From NCBI RefSeq assembly GCF_006345805.1, contig NC_043014.1, positions 43,090,001 through 43,154,000 on the forward strand: 64,000 nucleotides of DNA. Reading direction: 5' to 3'. The translations under genes and the position numbers were made by a program. Below are positions 24,938 through 37,648 of the stretch, one piece after another (the stretch's first letter is position 1; each line of letters opens with the position of its first letter). The stretch is from Octopus sinensis. Lineage: Eukaryota. Under the pieces are notes generated by a model. The model did no database searches. It was not told the origin of the DNA and saw only the letters and a list, made by a program, of their open reading frames with translations.

Positions 24938-25314
24938 GGAAGCACAATGGTCTAGTGGTTAGGGCAGTAGACTCGTAGTCGTAGGATCATGGTTTTGATT
25001 CCCAGACTGGGCGTTGTGAGTGTTTATTACACAAAAACACCTAAAGTTCCACAAGGCTCAGGCAGGAGGTGGTGGCGAACCCTGCTGTACTCTTTCACCA
25101 CAACTTTCTCTCACTCTTTCTTCCTGTTTCTGTTGTACCTGTATTTCAAAAGAGCCAACCTTGTCACATTGTGTCATGCTGAATCTCCCCGAGAACTACA
25201 TTAAGTGTATATGTGTCTGTGGAGCACTCGGCCATTTTCACATTAAATTCACCAGCAAGCTGTTCCGTTGATCAGATCAACTGGAACCCTCATCTTCGTA
25301 ACCGATGGAGTGTC
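24938..25314 (+). mobile_element. SINE family A
   Basis: Match to 7709-8095. Confidence 0.85.
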
Positions 25315-25334
25315 ACAGTATATAAATATATATA

Positions 25335-25604
25335 TATGGTTGCCAACATAATAATGTTGGACAAATGAGCCTCCCTTTATGTAAAAGAGTAGCAGTCCAT
25401 AAAGAACAAATAAATCTCCCAGAATACCGTCAAATTCCACTAAGTAGCCACATAGTCTCGTGCGCTAAAGACAAAAATCCCAAATTTTACATATTCTTCT
25501 TCTACCAATGTAAAGACGGAATCACTACACAAGAAAGAATTAACAAGGAGAATCTTTTTATTGAAAAATTCAAGACGCATCTTAATATGCAAACTCCACG
25601 ATGA
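25335..25604 (+). mobile_element. Penelope-like element 3' fragment (GIY-YIG C-terminal half), followed by a probable pLTR to ~25900
   Basis: CQHNNVGQMSLPLCKRVAVHKEQINLPEYRQIPLSSHIVSCAK..PKFYIFFFYQC..TTQERINKENLFIEKFKTHLN fits C..xYIGQT..L.KR..H.......S.H..C...F.I......R..KE..FI.KF.P.LN. Confidence 0.8.
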
Positions 25605-26379
25605 TCATACTTCTTTTTTTTAACATCCTATCTGACAAAAAATTGATAATCCCAATTGAAGAGCATAAAATCCACAGAGTTGTCTCGCCTTACTCACAGG
25701 AACTGGATAACTCCTACCCCATTTTCTGTTTTGATGTTCATTTAACAAACATCCTAAATCAAACAGCACATGGATTTAATCACATGGATCTCAATCCCCC
25801 AAGGTAATTTTTCCAAGGACTATCATTGAACTCAAGATACATAAAGACTTAACAATGTATCGAGTACCCATATTTTTTAATTTTTGTATATGTTTATCAT
25901 TATTTTTTTGCAAAAAACAATGTAAATTTCTTTTTTCCCACTCCTCAATTTAAAAAAAAAAAATTTTCTTTTCACCTTACAGTTCAATTCTTGAAAATTT
26001 TCATTGCGATGAAAACTGGTTAGAGTTAATATTTAAAAAAAAATTTTTTAATTTTCCATACACCCACTTTTATTAAAATTTCCCTTCAATTTAGCATTCG
26101 GCCTTTTTATAATTTTTCCTCGCCTATATATATATATATATTATATGTATGTATGTATGTATATACACACACACTATACTATATGTTACAACATATTTAT
26201 TATATCATACTTAATACTGTGTGGACGATGATAATGATGATGATGATGACAACCATAATTTTTCTATAGTGGAATCCAGAAAGAGCCTTCTGAATCAAAT
26301 CTGGAACCACAAGGCTGAGAAATGAACTTTTTTACACAATCATAGCTACACATATATGCGTACACATCTGTGTGTGTGT

Positions 26380-26840
26380 GGTGTGTGTTGTGTATATGTG
26401 TGTCTGTGTTTGTCCCCCCAACATCATTTGACAACCGATGTTGGCATGTTTACATGCCCATAACCAAGCAGTTTTGCAAAAGACACCAATAGAATAAGTA
26501 CTAGGCGTACGAAGAATAAGTCTTGGGGTCGATTCATTTGACTAAAGGCAGTGTTCCAGCATGGCCACAGTCAAATGACTGAAACAAATAAAAGATATTA
26601 TATATATATATATCGGTGGCACGTAAAAAGCACCCACACATCAGGAGTGGTTGGCGTTAGGAAAGGGTAGTAATGAGGGGGAGGGAGGATGAGGAAGGGC
26701 ATCTAGCCGTAGAAACATGTGGTATTGCAGATCAGACTGGGTTGGTGGCAGCCTTCTGGCCTCCCTGACCCCAGTTGAACCGTCCAACCCATGCTAGCAT
26801 GGAAAGCGGACGCTAAACGAAGATGATGATGATGATGATG
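26380..26840 (+). mobile_element. SINE family B tail (26380-26595) plus RTE 3'-end fragment (26615-26840)
   Basis: Sequence matches to the families above. Confidence 0.8.
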
Positions 26841-27439
26841 ATTTCTCTAAATAATCAGGAATGCGTTTATATAGCAAGACACCAAGCTTAACACTATTAT
26901 AACTTAATATTTTACGTTGGCTAACTGAATAAAATTATTTCATGGCATATAATATTACAATAAAATATATCACACTGGGACACAATTGCATTTCTGCAAA
27001 TATGCTGCCTTCACAGAAGTGAAGCCAAAAGCGTTATTGGCCAAAAAACATAAAAGAAACTTTGAATTTTTTTCACCTGATGTATATATGTATATATGTA
27101 TGTTTGTATGTATGTATGTACACTTTGTGAGAGTGAAATCACATGGTATAAAAGATATTGGAATTGAAATTTTCCATATTTATACAGACTTGCTGCTGCA
27201 GAGCACCTCAATAAATACATTTTATGCTACATTTCGAACGATTAATATAATTATTTCTTGAAATATATTTTCAAGCAAAGGTATATATACGAGCGTGTAC
27301 AAAACCTGAGTATAGAACTATATAACTTAATATAATATATAGACTAACTGAATAAATAACATTTTTGAGTATGTATATTAAAATACAATAAAAACTCTGC
27401 GTGTATATATACATATGCACATGCATATACACGTATCTA

Positions 27440-27504
<65 letters not shown>

Positions 27505-28328
27505 CTGTAGATATGTAATCATGTGCATTCGTGCAAGATGAAATGTATGTGTGTGTGTAGATATATGGACACATATATACTCTCTAATATGTCACATGTG
27601 AAGATATATGTATAGTTATGCCGTTATGGATATGTTGTTCTATGGTGTGTGTTATATGCGTGATAAATGCATGCATACGTACACATACACACAGATATAT
27701 GTGTGTTGGTTTGTCTGTGCATGTGTATGTGTGTGTATGTACATATGTATATATGTACACACGCATGATAATAACCAGTAACGCTTACACTCACACACAC
27801 ACACACATATATTACATACATGCACAAGCACACAAACACACTCACACACAAGCTTACAACACACACAAAAACATTCACATATCCAAACCAACAAGGCAGC
27901 CTCTTGCTTCCTGTCTTTGCTAGAAATAACAGCCAAATTTCTTTCAAATTATACATCATTGAATTAAAAGTGGTAAGACACATTGCTTGAAACATAAAAT
28001 ACAGATGTGGTTTGCCCTTCATGGCTGGAATCCTATTTAATGTAGGTTTGCTAAATGAGGGTTGGCCTGAGGCCAAACCACAACGATGACAATGATGACA
28101 ACAACCACACACACACACACACACACACACTTATATTACTAATTCAATCCTTGACCATTTAAACTGGCCATATCTGGGCAAAATATTCTACCTCTTTTAT
28201 GTTCAAACTGACCAGATTCAACTTTTTCCACCTACCCTGCAATGTCATTCTGAGAATAAAACAGTGAAAGTGTGCGCCTTAGTAGTTAGAGGTGTTCATC
28301 TCACTGATTGCTCTTTGTTTTTCTTTGT

Positions 28329-28500
28329 AGGCATAGGAGTGGCTGTGTGGTAAGTAGCTTGCTTACGAACCACATGGTTTTGGGTTCAGTCCCACTGCGT
28401 GGCACCTTGGGCAAGTGTCTTCTACTATAGCCTCAATCTGATCAAAGCCTTGTGAGTGGATTTGGTAGACGGAAACTTAAAGAAGCCTGCTGTATATAAG

Positions 28501-28581
<81 letters not shown>

Positions 28582-28790
28582 TTGTGTGTCTATGTTTGTC
28601 CCCCCAACATCACTTGACAACTGATGCTGGTGTGTTTACGTCTCCGTAACTTAGCAGTTCAGCAAAAGAGACCGATAGAATAAGTAATAAGTACTAGGTT
28701 TACAAAGAATGAGTCCTGGGGGTCAGTTTGCTCAACTAAAGGCAGTGCTCCAACATGGCCAGAGTCAAATGACTGAAACAAGTAAAAGAG
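28329..28790 (+). mobile_element. SINE family B, full length with an expanded (TG)n
   Basis: Match to 21947-22360. Confidence 0.9.
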
Positions 28791-28980
28791 TTGTAAAGCC
28801 ATGAGTTTAAATCCTGGTAGCACATTGTGTCTTTGAGTAAGAGCAATTTGGCAAAAAGTGATTAATATGGTATAATTCAAAGGGCCAGCCTTGCCATGTT
28901 CTATGTCATGCGGAATTTCTATGAGATCTATATTAAGGGTAGGCATTTCTGCTCCTTACACGTTAATTTCACAAGCAGAC

Positions 28981-29160
28981 TGTGCTACTATTAGTTTCAT
29001 GTGCTGAGAACATGTCAAACATTGTTTTATACCATGTCTGGTGTCTCAGTACAATCATCAGACACTGCCTGGGCAGTGTCTGATGATTGTGCTGGAACAC
29101 CATGTGTTTTATAAAACAATGTTTGGCCTGTTTTCAGCACATGAAACTAATAGTGGCACA
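28981..29160. repeat. Essentially spacerless palindrome, 90-bp arms
   Basis: tgtgctactattagtttcatgtgctga.aaca..aaacattgtttt..acaatcatcagacactgcc-TG-ggcagtgtctgatgattgt..aaaacaatgttt..tgttttcagcacatgaaactaatagtggcaca. Confidence 0.9.
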
Positions 29161-29236
29161 AAATAACATATATTGTGCTTATTTAATAATATCTACCTCT
29201 AAGTAGATGGTGTACATTTTTGTTGATATTACCATC

Positions 29237-29269
<33 letters not shown>

Positions 29270-29272
<3 letters not shown>

Positions 29273-30072
29273 CATAGAGGGGGAGAAAGGGAAATAGAGC
29301 TAAGAGAGAAAGGAGCAAGAGAGAAAGATGGGAAAAGGAAGAGGGAAGAATGAGAGGGATGTGATAATGAAGAGGGAGGAATTAAAGGTTTGAAAGATAG
29401 AGAATGGCACAGACATACAGACAGATGGTGGACATACAGACAGACAGACATAGTAATAGACAAAAATGATAGATGGTGACAATGAGAAAATTATTGTGTG
29501 TGTGGGGGGGGAGAAAGTAAATGACAAAACATATCGATGTAAGAGACAGAGAGAGAGAGAGGGGAAGAGTGACAGACAGACATAGCAAACAGACAGACTG
29601 GCAGATCAGACATACAGACAGACAAAAATGATAGATGTTGACGATGTGACAATATTGATGTAGTGGCAAAGACCACATAATTGGACAGGTGGCTTGAGTG
29701 AGAGAGAGAAAGAGAGAGAGAGTGGGGGGGCACAGGGAGTGATATAGAGACAGGGACAGACAGACAGACAGGCAGACAGACAGACAGGCAGTCAGGCAGG
29801 CAGAGTTGATAGATGGTGGCAATGTAAGAAAATGGTTTTAGAGACAGGTGATGTAAGAGAGAGAGAAAGAGAGAGAGAGAGACTAACAGACAGACAGTGA
29901 CTGAGAAGCATAGAGAGAGACGAAGAGAGAGTTTTAAAAGACAGAGAGAGGGGGGAGAGAGATGGGGGAGATTGGGGAGAGATGATGAATGGTGACTAAG
30001 TAAGAAAAATGGATATTGTTGCAGAGAGCAGGTGATTGGCAAGATTTGGTAAAAGAAGAAAGTAAAGAATGA

Positions 30073-30151
<79 letters not shown>

Positions 30152-30509
30152 TAGACACAGAGAGACAGAGACAGAGACAGAGAGAGAGAGAGAGAGAGAT
30201 ACATGTACATGACAGAGACAGACCATAATAAAACGAGGCAAAAGGGAGAGAGAGAGAGAGATAGACAGACAGACAAACAATCAGACAAAGATAAGTAGAG
30301 AGAAAACGATAGAGAAATACAGATAAACGGAGGGAGAGAGAGAGAGAGAGGGAGAGCGAGAGACAGACAGACAGTCAGAGAGATGGAAAGAGAGAGAGAG
30401 AGAAGACAGGCAAATAAACTAAGAGAGAAAGTCAATAGAGAGACAGACAAACAGACAGACAGACAGAGATGGAGAAAGACACACAAAGAAAGACAGAGAA
30501 AGACAAGTT

Positions 30510-30540
<31 letters not shown>

Positions 30541-30590
30541 GAATAGAGAAATAATGAGACAGAGATGATAGAGAGTGGCAACGTGAGAAA
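29270..30590. repeat. Purine-rich (GA)n/(GACA)n/(GAGACA)n block
   Basis: Direct inspection; source of the Leu/Ser-rich minus-strand pseudo-ORFs. Confidence 0.9.
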
Positions 30591-30838
30591 ATAAATGTTT
30601 TGGCAGAGAGCAGATAATTTACCATTGCGTTAGTGCCACATGCCTCTTTGAACCATTTATAAATACAAGTTTGGTTGTGCTCACCTACAACTGACAGAAT
30701 ATATTTGGTTTATGGCACTAAATTTGGCAAAGGCTTCTCAGAGGGTGAGATAAAATGCCTTGTGGTGTTTGTGACGGCTTTCTGCTTTTGGAATTTAAAT
30801 CAATAGCAAATTCGACTTAGCTTTTTTTATCTTTTCAG

Positions 30839-31216
30839 GAAGCACTCCGTTGGTTACGACGACGAGGGTTCCGGTTGATCCGAATCAACGGAACAGCCTG
30901 CTCGTGAAATTAACGTGTAAGTGGCTGAGCGCTCCACAGACACGTGTACCCTTAACGTAGTTCTCGGGGATATTCAGCGTGACACAGAGAGTGACAAGCC
31001 GGCCCTTGGAATACAGTACAACAGAAACAGGAAGTAAGAGTGAGAGAAAGTTGTGGTGAAAGAGTATAGCAGGGATCACCACCATCCCCTGCCGGAGGCT
31101 CGTGGAGCTTTAGGTGTTTTCGCTCAATAAACACTCACAACGCCTGGTCTGGGAATCGAAACCGTGATCCTATGACCGTTAGTCCGCTACCCTAATCACT
31201 GGGCCATTGCGCCTCC
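30839..31216 (-). mobile_element. SINE family A, full length
   Basis: Reverse complement of the 7709-8095 type. Confidence 0.9.
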
Positions 31217-31629
31217 CCTTCCAGGGTTGATAAATAATATGCCATAGAAGACTCTTATTTTCAAAAAAACTGCCTCAGAATATTACCCCAGGTTCTATAT
31301 GCAAAGTTTTGGCCACCCATAAGGTTTAATGCTGGCTGGCATGGCTGTGTGGTAAGAGGTTTGCTTCCCAACTTCGTGGTTTTGGGTTCAGTCCCACTCT
31401 GTGACACCTTTTTTTTTATTCTTTTATTTGTTTCAGTCATTTGACTGCAGCCACAGCCCTGCTGGAGCACCACCTTGATGGATTTTAGTTGAACTTAATT
31501 GACCCCAAGACTTATTTTTTATGCCTAGTATTTATCATATCGGTCTCTTTGGCTGAACTGCTATGTATATATATATATATATATATATATGTCTGAAAGT
31601 ATGCACATGCAAACATAAATATATGTATG

Positions 31630-31678
<49 letters not shown>

Positions 31679-31787
31679 ATGACATGACCGACCAGACTAT
31701 CAGATGTTGCTACACATCGCTGGTCACAATGCATTTTGCATTGTTTTTAGCCTTCGAATGATGCCACCCCGCTTGCTAAGCGAGCAG

Positions 31788-31842
<55 letters not shown>

Positions 31843-32255
31843 ATGATATAGATATATATAATTACATGTCTATATATATATATATACATACATATGTTTA
31901 TATACATATACACACACACACACACACACAGAGGCAATTACATCACAGAAGTGCTATTTTAGTCTGTTGAAGAACACACAAATATTGTTACGTTGACATT
32001 ATTCTCAACAGTTCCGACTTCAGTGAATGTGTGAAAAGACTTTGTCACACTTCTCCTGTGAAGTTGCTTCTCCGACCAGGTGCGGTCGTGTTTGGGATTG
32101 CAGTCGGGTGATAGAACTTTCTCACCCTTTCCAGAAGACAGTAGCATTAAGAAACAAATGAAAATTGAACGGAATGGTCTTTGTATGCTTTTGTAGGTGG
32201 GCAAAGGAGATTTTCACTGTTGTGATATTGCTTTGGTTTCAGAACTTGATCTCAG

Positions 32256-32765
32256 GTCATGATGAAGGAGGTGGTGACGGTGGTGGTGGTTGTGGTGGTC
32301 ATGGTGGTGGTGGTGATGGTGGTGGAAATGATGACGATGACAACGATGTCGCCACAATTGATAGTGATGATAGTAGTGGTGGTGGTGGTAGTGGTTGTGT
32401 TGGTGGTGGTGGTGGTGGTGGTGGTGATGATGATGATGACAATGGTGATGATGAAGATGATGATGGTGAGGACGATGGTTGTGGTGGCAGTGGTGGTGGT
32501 GGTGATGGTGGTGGTGATGATGACGATGACAACGATGTCGCCACCAGTGATGGTGATGATGATGATGATACTGATGATACCACTGCCGTCAGCGATGATA
32601 GTAGAGGTGGTGCTGGTGGTGATGGCTGTGGTGGTAGCTCTTATGATGATGATGATGGTAGTGATGATGTCACCACTGTTAATGATGATAGCAGTAATGG
32701 TGGTGGTGGTAGTCATAGTCATGGTGGTTGCATTTATGATGAAGATGATGCGAATGATGATGATT

Positions 32766-32824
<59 letters not shown>

Positions 32825-32862
32825 GGTGGTGGTGGTGGTGGTGGTGTATATATATATATGTA

Positions 32863-32898
<36 letters not shown>

Positions 32899-32915
32899 TG
32901 TATATGTATGTATGT
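32256..32915. repeat. (GGT)n/(GAT)n degenerate array plus (TATG)n
   Basis: Direct inspection. Confidence 0.95.
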
Positions 32916-33127
32916 GGTAACAAATTATATTCTGTTCACCTAACCAGGAACTTGTACTTTGGAAATACTATAGAAAGTACCTTTATATAAAAAGTACAGG
33001 TCTGAATTACCAAGAGCAGATATCTTCTCTTAGCTGGGTTGCATTGTCTGCACACGCAGTAGGAATATCAGGTACAAACACACCTACAAAGTCTTGATAT
33101 TCACTATATATATATGTGTGCGTACGT

Positions 33128-33596
33128 GTGTCGGCTCTCCTGGTGACGTCTATAGTCGCCTGGGGCTAAATGCATCAGTAACACCCCCACCACCCCGCCC
33201 TGTCCCTAGCCACATTCAGATGGCTGGCCCCGCTTATATTACAGAGCAGTTACTGTTTATACCTCGCTTAGAGATTTATTATTGTTATCGAACAGATTTT
33301 CGACGCCAGTGACTGTGTTTACAGTGAAAATCTATATATTTCTAGCCTGTGGAGGAAGTCCCTCAACGAAGAACGGTGTTTGCCATGCGCTGACGAGAGG
33401 CAATACCTCGAAACCGGTCCGTGTGTAACATCCGTTTCTTCGGGGAGGCTGATCTCCCTTTACAGGCTAGCAAGGACACCGTGATGGTGTCGGCTCTCCT
33501 GGTGACGTCTATAGTCGCCTGGGGCTAAATGCATCAGTAACACCCCCCCCACCACCCCGCCCTGTCCCTAGCCACATTCAGATGGCTGGCCCCGCT

Positions 33597-33603
<7 letters not shown>
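33128..33603 (+). mobile_element. Retrozyme-like or Penelope pLTR-like partial tandem: ~360-bp monomer plus a 117-bp repeat, inserted in (TA)n
   Basis: 33128-33241 is repeated at 33487-33603, differing only in the length of a C run. No ORF; contains a hammerhead motif. Confidence 0.75.
33384..33425 (+). ncRNA. Type I hammerhead ribozyme
   Basis: CAUGCG-CUGACGA-GAGG[caaua]CCUC-GAAAC-CG-GUC^CGUGUG. Canonical core, G-C closing stem II, palindromic stem III ACCGGU, stem I CAUGCG/CGUGUG. Predicted cleavage after 33419. Confidence 0.85.
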
Positions 33604-33661
<58 letters not shown>

Positions 33662-33669
33662 CATACTTA

Positions 33670-33723
<54 letters not shown>

Positions 33724-33791
33724 TGTGTGTGTATATATATATATATGTATGTATATATATATATATATATATATACATATATATATGTATG

Positions 33792-33840
<49 letters not shown>
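33600..33840. repeat. (TA)n/(TATG)n microsatellite
   Basis: Direct inspection. Confidence 0.95.
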
Positions 33841-33842
<2 letters not shown>

Positions 33843-34879
33843 TTATACCAGTCATACACTTGTACAAGTCCATTACCTTTAGTACCTTCCACCACCATCA
33901 CCACCCTGAAGAATGTGCAACTTTATGTCAAAGAGAGAAATCAATATTTTTCGTTATGTCTATCTATATATTAACTCTACAGAAACACAAAATTTCTCGG
34001 TTTTTCATAATGAAATTTTGCTACTGTTAGTGAGAGTTCAAGTATTATTTTATTCAATTTTATATCTGCAACGCAGGGTCATGTGACCTTGCCTCCAAGA
34101 TATTTGGTTAATTCAATGGCATTTGTGATATATGTATTCCCATAAAAGTCTGGCTATAAAAACCCTAACTTTGATAATTCTTGAAGTTCTCCTGCACTAA
34201 ATCTAATCTTTACTGAGAAATAACCAGAATTTAAACAAACTCTAATAATCAATAATGGTTAATCTTAGCCCAGTATTAGACCAGCATCAAAAACCATTAC
34301 CGTATATAAAAATGCCCTCGTTCAAAGAAACGGCAGTCAGAACCATAATCAAGAAGAGTAATATTAACTCATAGAAGGCATTAAATATTTTCCTGTGTTA
34401 CGAGACTAAAATTCTGCTTTAAAAAGTTGATAAAACCAAATACTAAACTCTAATAATATAGCTGGATGCTATTGCCAAAGAAAAACATAAACGCTAATGC
34501 ATATACTGAAATGCATAAACTATTATTGGGAATTTAATATAAAAGCACAAAGATTACGCCAGCAAACCACGAATCTCAGAGAACTTGGTGGGGGTAAAAT
34601 AAATCAAATGACAGGCGTAATTTGTTCAATTTAATTTTGAGCATTGGAGTTTATAACTTTCATGCTTCCGACTGTAAACTTTGGCCATTTAGCATGTGGT
34701 TGGCGTCGTTGTCGTTGTTGTAGGTGTTTGTTTAGCCAGTGGTGGTGAGTTCTGAATGAGCAGAGCTGTGATCGAAGACATTCCGGCCATGACCATCCAG
34801 CCTGTCATTTTCCTATGAGCAGAGAACTCAAGACTGCATTTTCTAGTGTGCAATTTTTCTTTTTTGCTTTTCTTTTTTT

Positions 34880-35630
34880 CCGGGTTCAGTTCCACTGCGT
34901 GGCACCTTGGGCAAGTGTCTTCTGCTATAGCCTTGGGCCGACCAAAGCCTTGTGAGTGGATTTGGTAGATGGAAACTGAAAGAAGCCCGTCGTATATATG
35001 TATATATATATGTGTATATATATATATATGTGTATATATATATATATATATGCGTGTGTGTGTATGTGTGTGTTTGTGTGTGTGTATATGTTTGTGTGTC
35101 TGTGTTTGTACCCCCAGCATCGCTTGACAACCGATGCTGGTGTGTTTACGTCCCCGTAACTTAGCAGTTCGGCAAAAGAGACTGATAGAATAAGTGCTAG
35201 GCTTCCAAAGAATAAGTCCTGGGGTCGAGTTGCTCAACTAAAGGCAGTGCTCCAGCATGGCCACAGTCAAATGACTGAAACGAGTGAAAGAGATATTATA
35301 TGTGGCAAGAAGTTTGCTTCCCAACCACATGGTCCTGGGTTCAATCCCACAATATAGCACCTTGGGCAAGTGTCTTTTCTACTATAGCCTCAGGTCAACC
35401 AAAGCTTTGTGAGTGTATATAGTAGACAGAAACTGAAAAAGCCCATCGTATATATGTGTGTGTATGTGTGCTTGTGTTTGTGTGTCTTTGTGTCTGTGTT
35501 TGTCCCTCACTACCACTTAACAACTGGTATTGGTGTGTTTACATCCCCATAACTTGGCAGTTTGGTTTTAAAAAAGAAAATAAGTATCAGGTCGATTAGT
35601 TCAGCTAAAATTCCTCGAGGCAGTGCCCCA
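34880..35630 (+). mobile_element. Two adjacent SINE family B copies (34880-35292, 35300-35630)
   Basis: Match to family B. Confidence 0.85.
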
Positions 35631-35702
35631 GCACTAATCCTCATTTGGGATTAGAGAAGCTGAACTCTGTCACTAAGTTAATGAGAGAACCTCCACAAGG
35701 TC

Positions 35703-36325
35703 AAATCTACCATCATTCACACCCAAATCTACCATCATTAACACCCAAATCTACCATCATTCACACCCAAATCTACCATCATTCAACAGCCAAATCTTCC
35801 ATCATTCACATCCAAATCTACCATCATTCAACAGCCAAATCTACCATCATTCAACAGCCAAATCTACCATCATTAACACCCAAATCTACCATCATTCACA
35901 CCCAAATCTCCATCATTCACACCCAAATCTACCATCATTCAACAGCCAAATCTACCATCATTCACACCAAAATCTACCATCATTCGCACCCAAATCTACC
36001 ATCATTCAACACCCAAATCTACCATCATTCACACCCAAATCTACCATCATTCAACAGCCAAATCTACCATCATTCACACCAAAATCTACCATCATTCGCA
36101 CCCAAATCTACCATCATTCAACACCCAAAACTACCATCATTCACACCCAAATCTACCATCATTCAACTGACAAATCTACCTTCATTCACACCCAAATCTA
36201 CCATCATTCACACCCAAATCTACCATCATTCAACTGACAAATCTACCATCATTCACACCCAAATCTACCATCATTCACACCCAAATCTACCATCATTAAA
36301 CAGCTAAATCTACCATCAATCACAC
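35703..36325. repeat. 22/23-bp minisatellite (aaatctaccatcattcacaccc / ...caacagcc), ~28 copies
   Basis: Direct inspection; two alternating unit variants and no unique spacers. Confidence 0.95.
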
Positions 36326-36602
36326 CCTGCTCTTTTGAAGAACAGCAAAGAATACATTGGATAGTGCTGCTCTGGATTTCAGAAAGGACAGGATGGTCAC
36401 ACCTGGAGCACCATTGATTATAGGTTTGCTTAATCAGGCCAAACTAAGGCAGATTAAATATGAGTCACGTCATTTCAAAAGAGCTAAAGGCAAAGTTGAT
36501 TAACTCCTTTCAGAGACTCAACTAAGTATTTAAGAAGACAAAACTAAATGCAGGAAGTTATTTAGTCTGATGCTGTACTGTTTTATATCAGTTCATCACA
36601 CA

Positions 36603-36950
36603 TCATCATCATCGTTTAACGTCCGTTTTCCATGCTAGCATGGGTTGGACGGTTCCAATGGGGTCTGGGAAGCCCGAAGGCTGCGCCAGGCCCAGTCTGA
36701 TCTGGCAGTGTTTCTACAGCTGGATGCCCTTCCTAACGCCAACCACTCCGTGAGTGTAGTGGGTGCTTTTTACGTGCCACCCACACAGGTGCCAGACGAG
36801 GCTGGCAAACGGCCATGATCGGATGGTGCTTTTTACGTGCCACCAGCACGGAGGCCAGTCGGGGTGGCGCTGGCAATGGCCACGTTCAGATGGTTCTCTT
36901 ACGTGCCATCGGCACTGGTATCACAGTTACAATTTCCATTGGTGTTCATA
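36603..36950 (-). mobile_element. RTE 3' UTR fragment
   Basis: (cat)n-cgtttaacgtccgttttccatgctagcatggg.. with repeated 'cttttacgtgccacc' modules. Confidence 0.9.
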
Positions 36951-37083
36951 AAAAATATTGGAATATAAAGAATAAAATGTTTTGAATGGTACAACAATGC
37001 ACTATAATACAAAAAATGGACTATATACCTGCTGTAATTTAGTTATCCATAGTCCGATGATATTTTGGAATATTATTCCTTCT

Positions 37084-37410
37084 TCAGATATTCTTAGATG
37101 GAGTTGCTGCTATAAGCGGTTTCCATAATTGGTTTACCCGTTGGCATAAATCTGTGTCACAGATGGGACAGTGTGTTAGTGTGCATTGATTGTTGTCCCT
37201 TGTTCGTATCTTTGCGAGGTGTCCTCTCAGAGAGGGGCCGGAGTGGGTTAGTTGTATGTCTAGCCCTTCTCTTCTTTTGCCTCTTCGGGTGGATGTAGTT
37301 ATCCTCTTGCTAAAATGGGGTATTGTAAGGAAGCATGTGTTACTGGGTTTTCTATGTGTTCGGCATGTTGGTCGTCTTGAGTTCTTAAGCCGATTTACAA
37401 TGGATCTAGG
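37084..37410 (-). mobile_element. Internally deleted Penelope-like ORF remnant (linker fused to the C-terminus)
   Basis: PHFSKRITT..REGLDIQLTHSGPSLRGHLAK..CTLTHCPICDTDLCQR is joined directly to NQLWKPLI..*. Both parts resemble PLE RT-EN linker and C-terminal 'WxPLI' motifs; the GIY-YIG core is missing. Confidence 0.55.
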
Positions 37411-37411
37411 G

Positions 37412-37648
37412 TAAGGCAGCAAGCTGGCAGAAACGTTAGCGCGTCGGGTGAAATGCTTAGCGGTATTTCGTCTCGCGCTATGTTCTGAGTTCAAATTCTG
37501 CCAAGGTCGATTTTGCCTTTCATCCTTTCAGAGTCAATTAAATAAGTACCAGTTGTGCACTGGGGTCGATATAATCGACTTAATCCGTTTGTCTGTCCTT
37601 GTTTGTCCTCTCTGTGTTTAGCCCCTTGTGGGTAGTAAAGAAATAGGT
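37412..37648 (+). mobile_element. SINE family C, full length
   Basis: 'aaggcagcaagctggcagaaacgttagc..ggtcgattttgcctttcatcc..gtttagccccttgtgggtagtaaagaaatagg'. Confidence 0.9.

Noticed and set aside
25825-25870. Hairpin GATACAT/ATGTATC downstream of the PLE ORF as a decayed hammerhead
   Set aside because: Both core strands would need several substitutions, so it is not supportable without a family consensus.
29075-29105. CTGATGA followed by 'ggaac' as a hammerhead
   Set aside because: No stem II and no GAAA; it is part of the palindrome arm.
34080-34620. Possible retroelement coding remnant
   Set aside because: Only short, unconvincing peptide similarities, with many stops.
35703-36325. CRISPR-like appearance of the 22-bp repeat
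   Set aside because: Units are contiguous with no unique spacers, the DNA is eukaryotic, and there are no cas genes.
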